In this document: piece by piece, positions 1-11,944 of the stretch
Position numbering within the stretch: the stretch's first letter is position 1
Layout: every line of letters starts with the position of its first letter
Source: Phoronis australis
Lineage: Eukaryota; Animalia; Phoronida
Assembly: GCA_002633005.1 (NCBI GenBank)
Contig: NMRA01000475.1
Coordinates: 1-64,000, forward strand
Reading direction: 5' to 3'
Length of the DNA: 64,000 bases
Position numbers and translations under genes: made by a program
The notes under the pieces: generated by a model
The model's database searches: none
Told to the model about the DNA's origin: nothing
The model's input: only the letters and a program-made list of their open reading frames with translations

Positions 1-3000
1 AGGACCGGAGTTAAGCGTTCATACTGATCGCAACTCCCCAAACCATCGACGCGTCGACGTTAGTATGAAAGGCCCTACAAACTTTTGCCCGTGATTTTGT
101 CTGGGAAAAGCTCCTTCTGTCAGACTGTAGAGCTAAACCATGTCACATTCAGAGAGACCCAGTGACACTAATGTGTGACCTTTGGCACTAAATTGGTATT
201 TTGTGGGCTCAGAATTCAACAACTTTAGTGATTACAATGCTAAGAATGCTGACAACAGTTCCTTTTGAAATCACAATAAAAAACACACTCAGATACCTTT
301 AAATAGTTGACCCTTCTTGGTAATGTCTTCTTGCTCCTATAAAATGTCTCTCACACAGCAGTTTCTAATTAATAGGCTTCCAACTTTCTTGTGAGAATAT
401 TTACTCAGACCCTGGACCACTGTCTTCAAAGCTAATTACGCATAACATTTCCCTGGGTACAGCAAGGATTAATTTGTTAATTATCATAATCCAATTAAGC
501 ACATTACATAGCCAATGTTTAAACACTAACTTCATCAAGGACAAGGCTAGTGGTGGTACATGTACTTTAGTCTAGTAGTGATGAAACCAGTACACTAAGA
601 AAGGCGTGTCATAAGTGAACAGTCTCCACTTGGAAAGCCAGTCTATTCCCAAATAGGATCTATGCCTGCTACCGTGTTAAAAAATCAAAATGGGTCTCGT
701 AAAAAGTTACAGAAGAAGTGGAAATCCAATACATTGCAGAGGGTGTTAAATTTAGGAATTTTCAAATTTCAAACTCATATGACAAACATGGAGAAAGGGA
801 CACACAAAAGACACAATTTTTTGACAAAAACCGAAAGCAAGAATAAACAAAGTTTTATGAGTCAACTCAAATTTCAGCCTCCCCCATATTCTAGTAACAC
901 TTAAATCACAAAGGAGGTAGAAACCCGGAGAGATCTCACTATAGATAGTGGAGTGGAAAAATCTCCCTATCACACAAGTTTCAACGAGTTATTTTAGGGG
1001 CCCCAACTAAACCTACCATGTTGGTTAAAGATTTTCACGTTATTTATCACTATCCCTATCCACCCCAATTTGACCTTACTGTAAGGTTAATAGAGGCATT
1101 TTTACTCTACTCCGGAAGCTTAACCGGCAAAATTGTACCCGAGAAGCTAGCAATCGGGAAAAATTTGTGATTTCGTAAATGAGATTTTGTTAATCAAAAG
1201 CTAGATCTTAAGCTGCACAATCCCATCTAACAAAAGAATGGAAATAAATCTCAATTATGTCTTTGGAGCTCCAATAACAGGGATGCCATACTGTAACTCA
1301 AGTGGATCCATAAGTTAGGACCCCCACCTCAGGCATGAGGCCTGTCCATTCAACTAAATGTATCCAGTTTCAGTCAACACTGATCTGTCAAAAACAATTT
1401 TAAGAGTTCCAAATTCAAAGCCACAACCTCAAACCTTATGAGCTAACTTGAACCTAAAACAGCTTTGAAATGTAATGCTAGTTAGCTAAAATCACCAAAA
1501 ATCAAACTGACCTTTAAAAGTGTCCAGCCAGCAAAAGCACATGTACCTGCAGAGAAACTCAAACTGAACACAGGCATTAAAAGCAACTCTGTTGGAAGTC
1601 TTTGTGTCAGACCCAGCCAATGGATAATTTTGTGGTGTGACATCACCCAACTTACAGAAAGCAACAACCTGCTGATCTGAACAAAAGAGTGTGAAGTCAG
1701 TCCTGACTGCTGTGAGTTAACCTGTTGCTTTATTTCCTTACACTGAATGATAATGACTGTTTGTGCTTCAGTTAACAGTGTTAAAACCATTTATGTAACT
1801 ACTGGGTAATAAACTTTGTTTTGTTTCTTACTTGTGTGCTTGAAGAAGGTACTTACTGACCCAAGTGAAATCACCTTATTTTTTAACTGAGCTTAAGAAA
1901 GGTAGGAGATTAATCAAATTTTCAGACATACTAATACCTGTTAGAATTGCCAAAATTGTGCAAAAAGGTTTTTATTTCTTCCATTGAAAATGAACAATGA
2001 ACTCACCATTTCTCTTTTTACAGAGGCCCAAAAATTACAACTACCACAAAATGATAATTCTTTTTATCAACATTTTGTTAAAATCAGATCATCATGCAAA
2101 TTGTTACATGAAAAATTTATAATACCCCAAGCAGGACAGGCATCAACACATGTCTATAAGGACAAAACATGTTCTGATATATTTCCAAACCACATTTCTG
2201 TATATAATTACCCATGCCAGAATTAAACACACACCTATGGTGGTCAAACATAAAAATGGTTGAAGACACTTGAGGTAAACAGAAAAGGCAACCAGCAGTA
2301 GTAAGAGGTGTGTATCAGGACACTTTGTAAGCATGTCAAGAATTCGAATTATCAACAAAGGGGGATGTGAAGTTTCATTGAGATTTAGATGTTGAAGTAC
2401 TTGTTAATGTCAAATAGAACTAACCTAGACAATGTGGGTGGCATGACCTAGGTACTGGGTGTTTTGCATAAACAGATATTCTAATTTTATGGCGACTCGA
2501 CTGGTTTTATGGCCGGAAAATGTATTTTGAAATTATTGATTATTTGACCAGAGCTATAAAACAGCAAGGTATGTTGTCTTTTTGTCGTTTTATTTGAAAT
2601 TACCTATTCGTGACATTGGCGTCCAGTCATTCAATACAAATAACTGAAATTGAAGCTGGTGCCTTTACAGTTAAATAATGTTTAAATAATAGGACACTTT
2701 CCAAACTGACTTTCACTTCAGGTTGGAGGCTCAAATTCGTTTTGGGGTTGATCTCAAATTCTCAACAATAAGAACTTTCACGTTATCATTTTTATCAGAA
2801 GAAGAAATCCCTTTCAAAAAGTTTTTTTTTTCAATTTTTCAAACTCTTTTTATGTCAAGGCCACTTGCTGTTGTCGTTTTGGTAATTATTTAGTCACCTA
2901 GGACTGTACAAGGTTGAAACTAGAAAAAAATGCAATTCAGGAAGTTGACCAAATGTGCAAATGGTCTATTGAATTAATATTGCCAACATGGTGCGATAGT

Positions 3001-4397
3001 CTTTGAGTACACTTGTTTACCTTGAAATCAAATTATAGGCAGTGCTTCATATCTGCTTCCGATCAATAAAGATTTAGTTACACAGGCATGTCCCAACAAC
3101 ATACTCTTGGTTACATCCTGCAGTCAAATTAAACACAGGAATCAAAACAACTGCAAGAAGCCACAGCCAAATGATAACTGAACCAACACAGAGAAATGCC
3201 AGCAGTTAGAAGCATCAACATGCCCAGCATTGAAATCAACATTAGTGTCATTCATTGGTGTGTAAGAGTGAGTAATAGATTACATAACAGGGTCAACATG
3301 ATTCAGGATAAGAGGAGAAGTTGCCAGGAAATGTGTGGTAATATTAACCGCAAAGTAAATGATATTCAAATCCTCATCATTTAGTTTTTAAAATTGTTCC
3401 AGAAAAGTTTCACACTACTTGTAGCATTTTTAAATGTTCAGATAAAATAAATATTTAATAGCACAAAGCCATAACGGCAAGAGGTAGCTCCTACTCAACT
3501 GGCAACATATTACAAATAGGAGCAGAAGTACTCAGTCAAGTACTAGTAGAAGGAATTTGAGTGGCTCCTGCAGACCATTGAAAATAAAGTCTTACTAAGT
3601 ACATTTAAAAAATTAAAAGCCAGGCACTGGAAGACACCCTGACTTACACAGCTGACTTCCTTGTTTCAATAAAACGACCACATGAATTTTCCTCGCAAGG
3701 CAAATTTACTCCACCACAAATTAACATTAGAAAAATATGACGAAACAGGTGATTTCAGTTTCACCACCTCACCAGCACTGACAGATCTAGGATGGGGTAA
3801 CAGGGGTCCAGACAGGATTTCCGAAGGGAAATGTTCTGTAGGCTTAAGCCCTGAACACATCATGTTGACTGAACATTTTTGATTAAGCCCCCCTTGCCCC
3901 ACACCTCTAAATCCGCTTATGACGAGTTCCTCTCGCTGTCTTAAAAATCTGACTTGTTTTGCACAAAAATGAAGACCCGGCGCAGAGGAAAATTTCAATC
4001 AACACAATAAAATTGACACTGGACGACAAACACGAATTGAATCATTAATAACGTGCACGTGTGGTTTCACGAAAATTACCAGCGGTCCCTAGTACGCCTA
4101 CCAGCGAATTCAGTGTCAGCCTGTTGCAACTTCGTCAGACGCAAATTTCAAACTCGTCAAATCGCAGACGATCAACGCGTTTTGCCAGTCTGTAAATCAC
4201 TAGGTTAAAAATGGCCCACTTCTAAGTAGGCCTAACATAAAATAAGAATGAAAAGTTTTTTAAACCAAAAGTAATGCCTTATCTTATTTTGTAAAATAAA
4301 TTACTTGAAAATTGGAGAACCAAAGCATTTGAAAGAAATAAAAAGTTAACAGAACTTATTTAGCAGGAGGTAACTTGGAGGAATCGAAGGAACTCAC

Positions 4398-4410
4398 CAG
4401 AGTTAGCCAT
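4398..4410 (-). CDS. Candidate first coding exon (ATG GCT AAC TCT G) of an unidentified gene running off the window start
   Basis: Minus strand reads ATG GCT AAC TCT G|gtgagt (strong donor at 4392-4397). It lies at the boundary between CpG-rich DNA (4000-4700) and CpG-poor DNA (1-3900). No downstream exon could be assigned. Confidence 0.35.
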
Positions 4411-4450
4411 CAACGTCTGCTCACCACGGTCGGGCAAATGCAAGTAGCTC

Positions 4451-4463
4451 TGACCTTTGACCC
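4451..4463. promoter_or_regulatory. DR1-type nuclear receptor element TGACCT-T-TGACCC
   Basis: Two RGGTCA half-sites spaced by 1 nt, about 40 bp upstream of the candidate first exon. Confidence 0.3.
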
Positions 4464-5756
4464 AGTGAAAGGGGAGCGCTTTGAAGGACGCAGGACGAGA
4501 AATTAGGACAATATGATTAATAAATTCTCAAGAAGCTACATCCGAGGAAAAACTTGTGTGACGTTGCTGTAATATAGAATAGATATTCCCGACTTAAAGA
4601 ACAGTGTCACATTTAACACAAGTGAGATGTTGTCACAAGTGAGAGCAAGCGAAACTGGTGTCACTTGTACTCCAGACCGACGGGTGCTGCTGTCGTTGTG
4701 ATCATGGCTCCGGCTAAGCGACATCACGAGTCGATGAAGTAAAATGGGCATATCCCATGGCCTGTTTTTGTTTTCGAAACAGAAACATTTCTCATTAAAT
4801 TGAACATTATTTTCGCAAAGGCACGTCTATTTTCCGCCAGTGCCTTCGCCTGTGTCCCCTTTCATAAGCGACCGCAGTCTATAATATTTTTTTTAATATG
4901 AGTGATCTAAACCTTGGATTGAAACTAGTTTGGGAATGTGCAGGTCACAAATTTCGCGAACTTTTATGACGATGCGGGGCGTGATGGCAAAACGAAGATG
5001 AAAAACAAAAAACGGGTAATATGAAATTCATCAACCAAGCTGTCAGACACTTCTCATGAATCACTTCACAACACAGGAAAGGTGTTTGGTGTTTATTGGT
5101 CCGGCTTTCTTGTTCAAATGTTTTATATGAAAAAGGCTGCAATGTCGTTTTCCGTACTACTGACATTACTAACTGACCAACTTTTGAGTGACTAAAAATA
5201 GTGCAACGCTTAATGAGATTTAGTTAACTAGTCTTACTTGGTAATTTTGGTAAATTTAATTATGTGAAACGGTAAGAAGTGGTGCATGACATAGGAGGAT
5301 ATCCAGTAGAGTGAGTCACAACCTCGCAGATGAGATAACAAGTGGTTGTTAATATTGGCAATTGAGTTCAAATGCTAATCCAACACCTCACCGAGTTCAA
5401 AACCGAAACGTAAGTTAGTGGTGCCACCTGATGGAAAAAATCTATGACGTAGGAATTTCGGCTCACCAAGATTTTAAGTAGATAAGCTCATGGGCGTGTA
5501 TTCGGAAAATGAAAATTTTCAGGCGTTTGTTTCAGTAACACCAAATAAACGCCCCGGCGTTTATTAGGAAAAGGGGGCTTGTAAACGGAAAGTCATAACC
5601 TCGGCTGTGCTTTTTATTTTCCTGTTGATTAATACATAGTTTGCCAGCACTAAGTTCGTTTTAAAAATGATAAATGCCCCACAAAATTGAGTTTGTGGCT
5701 AAATGTTGACGTTAGGAAGACTTTTAAGAGGAAATTTTCCTAGTAAACGCCTGGAC

Positions 5757-5841
5757 CATAGACATCGTGACTAGAAACACCCTAACACTCTCCATACGGC
5801 GTCAAGTTGTCAGCTGCAGTAGCGCGTGCGACCGCTCTATG
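5757..5841. mobile_element. 85-bp non-autonomous DNA element with CATAGA...TCTATG ends and an 8-bp TSD
   Basis: Flanked by gcctggac (5749-5756) and acctggac (5842-5849); short terminal inverted repeats. Confidence 0.5.
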
Positions 5842-5871
5842 ACCTGGACACTTGACACCAGAAGTTGTAAC

Positions 5872-5898
5872 CAATATATACTTATATTTATCTCATTG
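5872..5898. mobile_element. 27-bp mini-element or footprint with a perfect 8-bp TSD
   Basis: gttgtaac at 5864-5871 and 5899-5906 flank caat...attg. Confidence 0.45.
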
Positions 5899-6532
5899 GT
5901 TGTAACACCTTTAGGCTTTTATTCAACGTAATTTACGAATAAATGCCCATGGGCGCTTCATCGGGTGGGCTCATGTACGGAAAATCCCGGTAGAGGATAA
6001 TTACAAAAAATGATTATTATTGAGTAAATAGCGCACGCAATTTAATGCTAACTGAGACTGAATTCGAGTCCAAGTACACTCGAAATGTTCTCTTATTTGA
6101 GATAAATGCGATTTTTGTTCTGCTGGCCACTGGGCCGCTTTTTGAAGATTTTGTTATGAATGAGCAAATTCTACAGGGTAAATTCATACAGTAATAAATG
6201 CTAGTGTCAGTGACAATGATAATGATAACAATAATTATTGGAATGTTAGTTTTTGAGATTGTGGTTGTGATCTTAGGAGCAATAAGTTTACGATGACTGC
6301 TAATCGCTAGGGCTTCACTGTCATCCAATTTCAATCTTCCGAAAACCAGTTACGAAACTGGAAAAATCTCTTACTTACAGCGGGCCTTATTTATGGAACA
6401 CTCATCCTTCCGATGCCAAATCTGCGTCATCCTTAATAAGCTTTAAAAGAATCACCAGCAATCAATTTAATTAAATGTGTTCTGTGAAGCAAATATGCCT
6501 TCAATATCCCCAGACCAGACTATGTTTTTTAT

Positions 6533-6730
6533 TCATACATGTGTGTGTGTGTGTATATATGGGCATGTGTGTGTGTATGCGTGTGTGTATGTATGTATAT
6601 ATGTATGCATGTATGCATGTATGTATGCGTGGATGTATGTATGTATGTATGTATGTATGTATGCATGTATGTTTGTATGTGAATATGTGTGTATGTATGC
6701 ATATTTGTATATATATGCATATCTATATGT
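6533..6730. repeat. (TG)n/(TATG)n compound microsatellite
   Basis: Direct inspection; it explains the spurious low-complexity ORFs at 6475-6752. Confidence 0.95.
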
Positions 6731-7615
6731 AATCGATTCATGCCCAAATTAATAGTGAAGTCCCTGCACGTCGGACCAGTGTCACCAAAAAGTTATTTTA
6801 CAAAAATGTTATGTCCAATAATTACCTCCAGGACGAACACGCCAGTAAGATAATCGTTAGGGATAATGTTAAAGTTTGTAAGCCCGATGATTACCTAGAT
6901 GTTACTATTTCTTATCGGAATAGGAAGTCCTCCAATTTGGTCATGAAAAATAAATATCATTTTAAAGGGAACGTCCACCCCGTTGCCCAGTGTAGTGTTG
7001 TTTATGAGTTTGTATGCCCTATGAACGAATGTCTGCGTTCAAATGTCTTCGAATGTTACATTGGTCAAACGGTTTGCAGTCTTTCCCGTCGGTTATAATC
7101 TATGCATCTTCAACATGGCGCCATCCAAGAACATTTTCTGCAATGTTACGAATGTAAAATCACCCGTCAAGAAATTGTGGAAAACACTTCAATTCAGTAC
7201 GTAGAGCACGATGTGCTGCGACTGAAAGTATTGGAGTCCCTTTTGATTGCATTTGGGAAGTCTGTTTTGAATGACCAGCAAACTCTTAACAGGGTCGCCT
7301 ATCACGTTGCACTTGTTTGCGTGACTTTCCTGTTACCCCCCCTCCCCCTTCATTTGTCTTTTTTGCAGTATTTCATACCTGCCGTTTCCCACTGTGTATG
7401 TCTCCAGCTTATGCTCTGTGGTGGCAATACTGCGTCACTTTATTTCCACTTGAAAATGAAACAAGTATATTTCGAAATATCCTGTGTCTTTTTATCATGT
7501 CTCATGGTCAGTTGCTTCACCAATGTTCTGTTGAGTGTCGGGCATTGTTCCGACGATACGAACGGAACGGAATAAAGACTGCCACTAACAAGTGATGTGT
7601 ATTTAATCAATTTCG
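6731..7615 (+). mobile_element. 5'-truncated, degenerate Penelope-like retroelement: C-terminal linker, GIY-YIG endonuclease and 3' end
   Basis: ORFs 6811-7098 and 7102-~7290 are in the same frame across one TAA: ...SVVYEFVCPMNEC...YIGQTVCSLSRRL*SMHLQHGAIQEH...RLKVLESLLI...VLNDQ. This matches the PLE GIY-YIG pattern (VVY..C..C..YIG.T..L..R...H...H...E...N). Microsatellites lie on both sides. Confidence 0.85.
7447..7486 (+). ncRNA. Degenerate minimal type-I hammerhead-ribozyme-like motif (U3-A8 variant) in the PLE 3' region
   Basis: cac-UUGAAAA-U-[GAAA caaguaua UUUC]-GAAA-UA-UC-cugug. Stem II is perfect, stem III is the palindrome AUAU, and stem I has a mismatch. Confidence 0.45.
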
Positions 7616-7805
7616 TATATGTATGTGTATATATGTATGTGTATATATGCATGTGTATATATGTATGTGTATATATGTATGTGTATATATGTATGTGTAT
7701 ATATGTATGTGTATATATGTATGTGTATATATGTATGTGTATATATGTATGTGTATATATGTATGTGTATATATGTATGTGTATATATGTATGTGTATAT
7801 ATGTA
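7616..7805. repeat. 14-bp unit (TATATATGTATGTG)n micro/minisatellite
   Basis: About 13 near-perfect copies seen directly. Confidence 0.95.
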
Positions 7806-8332
7806 TTATGTCTTTCTTTTATTAACTTTATTTATTGTCTGTTTATTATTTGTTATTTTCATTTAATCGTGTGGTCTTAATTTTAATATCTTCTATTTAT
7901 CGTTTTTTACTATTTATTTTGTTATTTCTTGGGTTGGAACCCTTTGTTTTTTGCACATGTGCGACGAGCTACAGCACCTAAGTAAATGATAAAAATACAG
8001 ACGGAACGGAGTTAGTTGATTGGTTCCTAGGTTCATGAAACAGCTGAGATTAACTGAAGCTAAAGCAAAGTTTTGTTACTACTTTGTGTAATTATAGTGT
8101 TTTTGAGATTTGATATTAATAGTTCAAAATTTACGATTTCGACTAAACCTAATTAGATCGATCTACGTGTTTCTTCACTATTTTTTATTTTGGGTTGTGA
8201 AAATCTGTTTATCTTTCATTTCATAATTTAGCCTTGGTACGAATCTTTTGACAAAATACCCAACCTTGACAAAAAACTGACGATAGCAATTACCCCTTTT
8301 TCTTCACTTATAAATTGTGATCATACATATTT

Positions 8333-8402
8333 GTGTGTGTGTGTGTGTGTGTGAATGTTTGTGCGTGCGTGCGTGCGCGCGCGCTGCGTGCGTGTATGCG
8401 TG
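8333..8402. repeat. (TG)n(TGCG)n microsatellite
   Basis: Direct inspection. Confidence 0.9.
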
Positions 8403-9887
8403 TCTTTGTGAGCGTACCAAGATCGGGATGTTTTTGTCCTGTCAGTAATTAAACGATTACCCCAGTCTGCGGTCACTTAAAGCTTCCGACGCCAATCCTG
8501 TGACTTTCTGAACTAAGGATGATCGTAGCGGCGACATTCAAGAGAGTACCGGTAGATCAGCGCGAGCTCAGAAGAGCGTTGGTGTCAGAAATCACCAATC
8601 AATGCACCGTCGAGTAAATTTAAGATTATTGCTCATCCTGGCTACGTGATAAACTGTTATGTACTGAGAAAGACTGCAAACTTCAGTTGGTCGTCCGACG
8701 TAAACGCGGCCATCGCCCAACGTCCGTCCCATGACTCCCAGATGCATCGATGTTGAAGTAGCAATCGACTTCACGTCTTCCAAATTGTGTTCCTGATTCT
8801 GGATCCGACAAACACTCACCTGGGGGGACCGGCCGAAATGTGATCAAGGAATGCTAAAAAGATGCTGCGGTCTGATGAATAGTAATCAGCGGACAATCGT
8901 TATCACGTCGTCTGGACGGTGACCACAGACATCTCTTGATGATCTGCCTTCACACGGTTCCCGTGAATATGAATTTGACCATGTGAGAAAATTGGTTGTG
9001 TGACGGATGAAAATGATGTCCGCCATTTTTCTGTTGCATACAGATCAGCCATGTGGCCGAGGCATAAACTGCCTAAATTTTCTAAGTAACTCAACTCGAG
9101 GCTTGGTGATTTTCGGAAACAGAGAAAGGCTTACGCGTATGACATATGAACGAGAATCCTGCTTTCACGCTTGCGCTCGGCGGCAAGCAATATTTGATTT
9201 TAAATATTATCTTAATGGGAAAGGAGGTTAAGTTCAATCACTGTTGCAGACACTTACTTAGTTTCAGCTGGTTCTCATCGGTTTTATTGGATAGAAAGTC
9301 TAAAGTTTTTACCTTTGGTATAATGATCGATTACGCATTGCAAAGAATGCCAACGCCAACGTGTTATTTTTAAGGAGGCGCACGTTGCACACGTTTATAC
9401 GAGTGCATTGTATTCATTCGTAGGCGAATTTGGGTTAAAATTTTGGGAATTCGAGTCTCATTTTGTGCATTCTATAGGCCTCGAACATGCCTTTTTGACG
9501 TACATTATGGAAAATATCGGACCGGTTTCAACGCCCATATAATCGGAGCCACTCTTCCAGACAGCATTTATAATTCCCGGCCTAAAAAAGAATAGATGTA
9601 ATTTATTATATCATGGGCACCTGTGAGAGCGGGTCCCTCAGATGAAAGTATTTTCATTTAGAAAAATGAACAATAAAAGAGAAACAGTAGATGGTCCCTT
9701 CGAGTGCGGTGCGCCTTAATATGATTAAATCAACCGTAACCATAGTTACAGAAAACAAGAAAATAATGACCACTGATTCCATGGGCAGGTCTTTCCTCCG
9801 AAAGAGGACAGATGCATCATTTTACAAATATACGAAAGGAGCAGCATTTGATTTCGCCATTAGGACTCCTTCCCAGGGCAGGCTACC

Positions 9888-10092
9888 CATGAGCGCACCC
9901 GGGGGGGGCTCGAATGAGCCTCCCCCCAATTTTGCGAATTGGGCAAAAAAGGTCCGCCACAGTGAAACGGTACGTGGGCCTGAACCTAGTGGCCCCGTTT
10001 TTTTTGTTTAGTCCTCGTGGATTTCTCTCAGTAAAAGGTCCGCTTACCGAAAAATTCGAGCCCCCCTATATTTTAGGCTGGGTGCGCGCATG
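9888..10092. mobile_element. MITE with CATG termini and a 5-bp TSD (ctacc)
   Basis: TIRs catgagcgcacccgg / ctgggtgcgcgcatg; ctacc at 9883-9887 and 10093-10097. Confidence 0.75.
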
Positions 10093-10155
10093 CTACCTTA
10101 AGATGAGAGAATATATAATTGTAAAAAGAAAATAGTAAAAGAGCGGCAGCTGATA

Positions 10156-10387
10156 NNNNNNNNNNNNNNNNNNNNNNNNNNNNNNNNNNNNNNNNNNNNN
10201 NNNNNNNNNNNNNNNNNNNNNNNNNNNNNNNNNNNNNNNNNNNNNNNNNNNNNNNNNNNNNNNNNNNNNNNNNNNNNNNNNNNNNNNNNNNNNNNNNNNN
10301 NNNNNNNNNNNNNNNNNNNNNNNNNNNNNNNNNNNNNNNNNNNNNNNNNNNNNNNNNNNNNNNNNNNNNNNNNNNNNNNNNNNNNNN
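10156..10387. other. Assembly gap (232 N)
   Basis: Run of N. Confidence 1.
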
Positions 10388-11520
10388 AGTCAGTCATTGT
10401 TCTACCTCGGTTGTGATAAGTTCGGTCGTCGTTTGCTTTTGTTTACAAGTCAGTCAACATGCCACGCTGTTGCTGCGTGCCGGGATGTACTCATTATCGT
10501 CTCACACGCGCTTTGGGTATCTTGCGTCGCTTTCCGAATGATGACACACTTCGCCGTACATGGCTAGCTCGTTCATGTGACGAACGCAGAGCTACCAGTC
10601 CACGCAACGTACGAAGCAGTGGAGGGTTACCGAGTGTGTGGCAAGCATTTTCTGCCGCCAGATTACGACAGAGATATGTACGTTGAATTCATGAAAGTCC
10701 CTGCGAAACAACGCCTGAAGAAGGGTAGCAAACCGTCGTTGATTCCCGGCAGTGCCCCGTCGCCAACCCCGAGAAGTGCGTTTTTGAAGCGAGAAGCCTC
10801 GCGAGCTGTGGCCACTATGTACAGTGACTGGAGGCACTTCATCTACTGTCACCCGTGCCTCCGAACGTACCCCATTGCGTGCAATTCCGGGAACTAGCAG
10901 TGATTCGCCCTGGGCTGTTGTCTCTAGCCCAGAGCCTGTAAGCAGCCATGCAGCGATGTTGAGTAGTGGGAGTGAATACAGGCCCAGTTCGACACCCAGT
11001 GAAGAGGACAGTTCGTCATCCAATGAACAGATCGGTGAGCCTAAGTTTGATAAGTTTATTGTGGACTTGTATTGGAGCTATTTAGAAGGTGCCAGGTGTG
11101 TGGCGAGGGAGTCACGGCGGGATGTAAGCAGTTTGGGTGCTCAGATCACCCTCCAGTGGGAGTGTGTCGCGGGACACTCCGGCAAGTGGGACAGTTCTTC
11201 CTCTGTACATGAGACGATAATGAGTACACCCCAGTACGCAGCAACAGCGTGGCATGTTGACGGACTCGTAAGTAAAAGCAAACGACCACCGAACTTATCA
11301 CAACCGAGGTAGAACAATGACTGACTCGACTGCTCTCACAGTCAGACTGTATGAAAAGAAATTGGCGCGAAATTCTTGCCTTCCAAAACGTCACTTCCGG
11401 AGTAGACGACGAGTAATTAATTAAATTACGAAAAGCTGTAAATAAGTGAAAAATATGTCTGGGATAACGAACGAACCCTATTTTTGCTAAAAATGACATG
11501 ATAAAAGGTTGCCTTCGCCT
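10388..11520 (+). mobile_element. Internally deleted THAP-transposase DNA transposon (Kolobok-like) with long TIRs; left end lies in the gap
   Basis: 10388-10504 is the reverse complement (few mismatches) of 11210-11326. The right end reads ...gccttcgcct|TTAA (11521-11524), consistent with a TTAA target and RR..YY termini. Confidence 0.7.
10459..11209 (+). pseudogene. Frameshifted THAP zinc-finger transposase fragment
   Basis: The C2CH THAP motif is split over two frames: MPRCCCVPGC...FPNDDTLRRTW / RVCGKHF...RLKKGSKPSL. A third frame gives KFIV...GAQITLQWECVAGHSGKWDSS, resembling the region ahead of the catalytic domain in Kolobok-type transposases. The DDE core is missing. Confidence 0.8.
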
Positions 11521-11646
11521 TTAAGGTCAACTTGTTAAAAAAGTCAAGGTCAGTATAAACTAACATAGCGGCTCTGAAGACACCCTTCAAAGACAATGTA
11601 GACCATGGTTTGTGATCGATGACACCTCTCAGGATCTAGGAGGCTC

Positions 11647-11652
11647 TTTATT
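11647..11652 (-). terminator. AATAAA polyadenylation signal, candidate for the peptide-precursor gene
   Basis: tttatt on the plus strand, ~295 nt downstream of the stop codon at 11945. Confidence 0.45.
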
Positions 11653-11944
11653 TTTAGAAACCCTACATTCTCTACTATAGCACTGTATCCATTTTCAGGT
11701 ATTTTAATTAAAATTGTTTAAATGAATTAAAACAAACGTCATGAACACAATTCAGCAGGTGTTTTGAATGTTTATGTCAATAAATACGACGCAAGACTTT
11801 CCGGTGTCTTTCCTATTACGAGAAACATTTCAATATGCACGTATCTGTCTTCCAAATTTCCATTAAACAGACTGCCACATTCAACAACGTTGTAGGTAAC
11901 AGTTCTGCTATTTTATATCACTCTTCGCCAAACAGTTCGTGTTC

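Noticed and set aside
7096-7098. In-frame stop in the PLE endonuclease as a possible selenocysteine codon (Naiad-type selenoprotein near an SBP2 gene)
   Set aside because: The codon is TAA, not TGA, it is not at a Cys position, and the endonuclease is C-terminal. This is simple decay.
6475-7880. Cys/Val/Tyr/Met-rich ORFs
   Set aside because: They are translations of microsatellites.
8417-9230. CpG-rich block with short ORFs, a donor-like site and CTGATGA at ~8872
   Set aside because: There is no GAAA partner for a hammerhead, no recognisable protein and no clear termini. It is probably an unclassified repeat.
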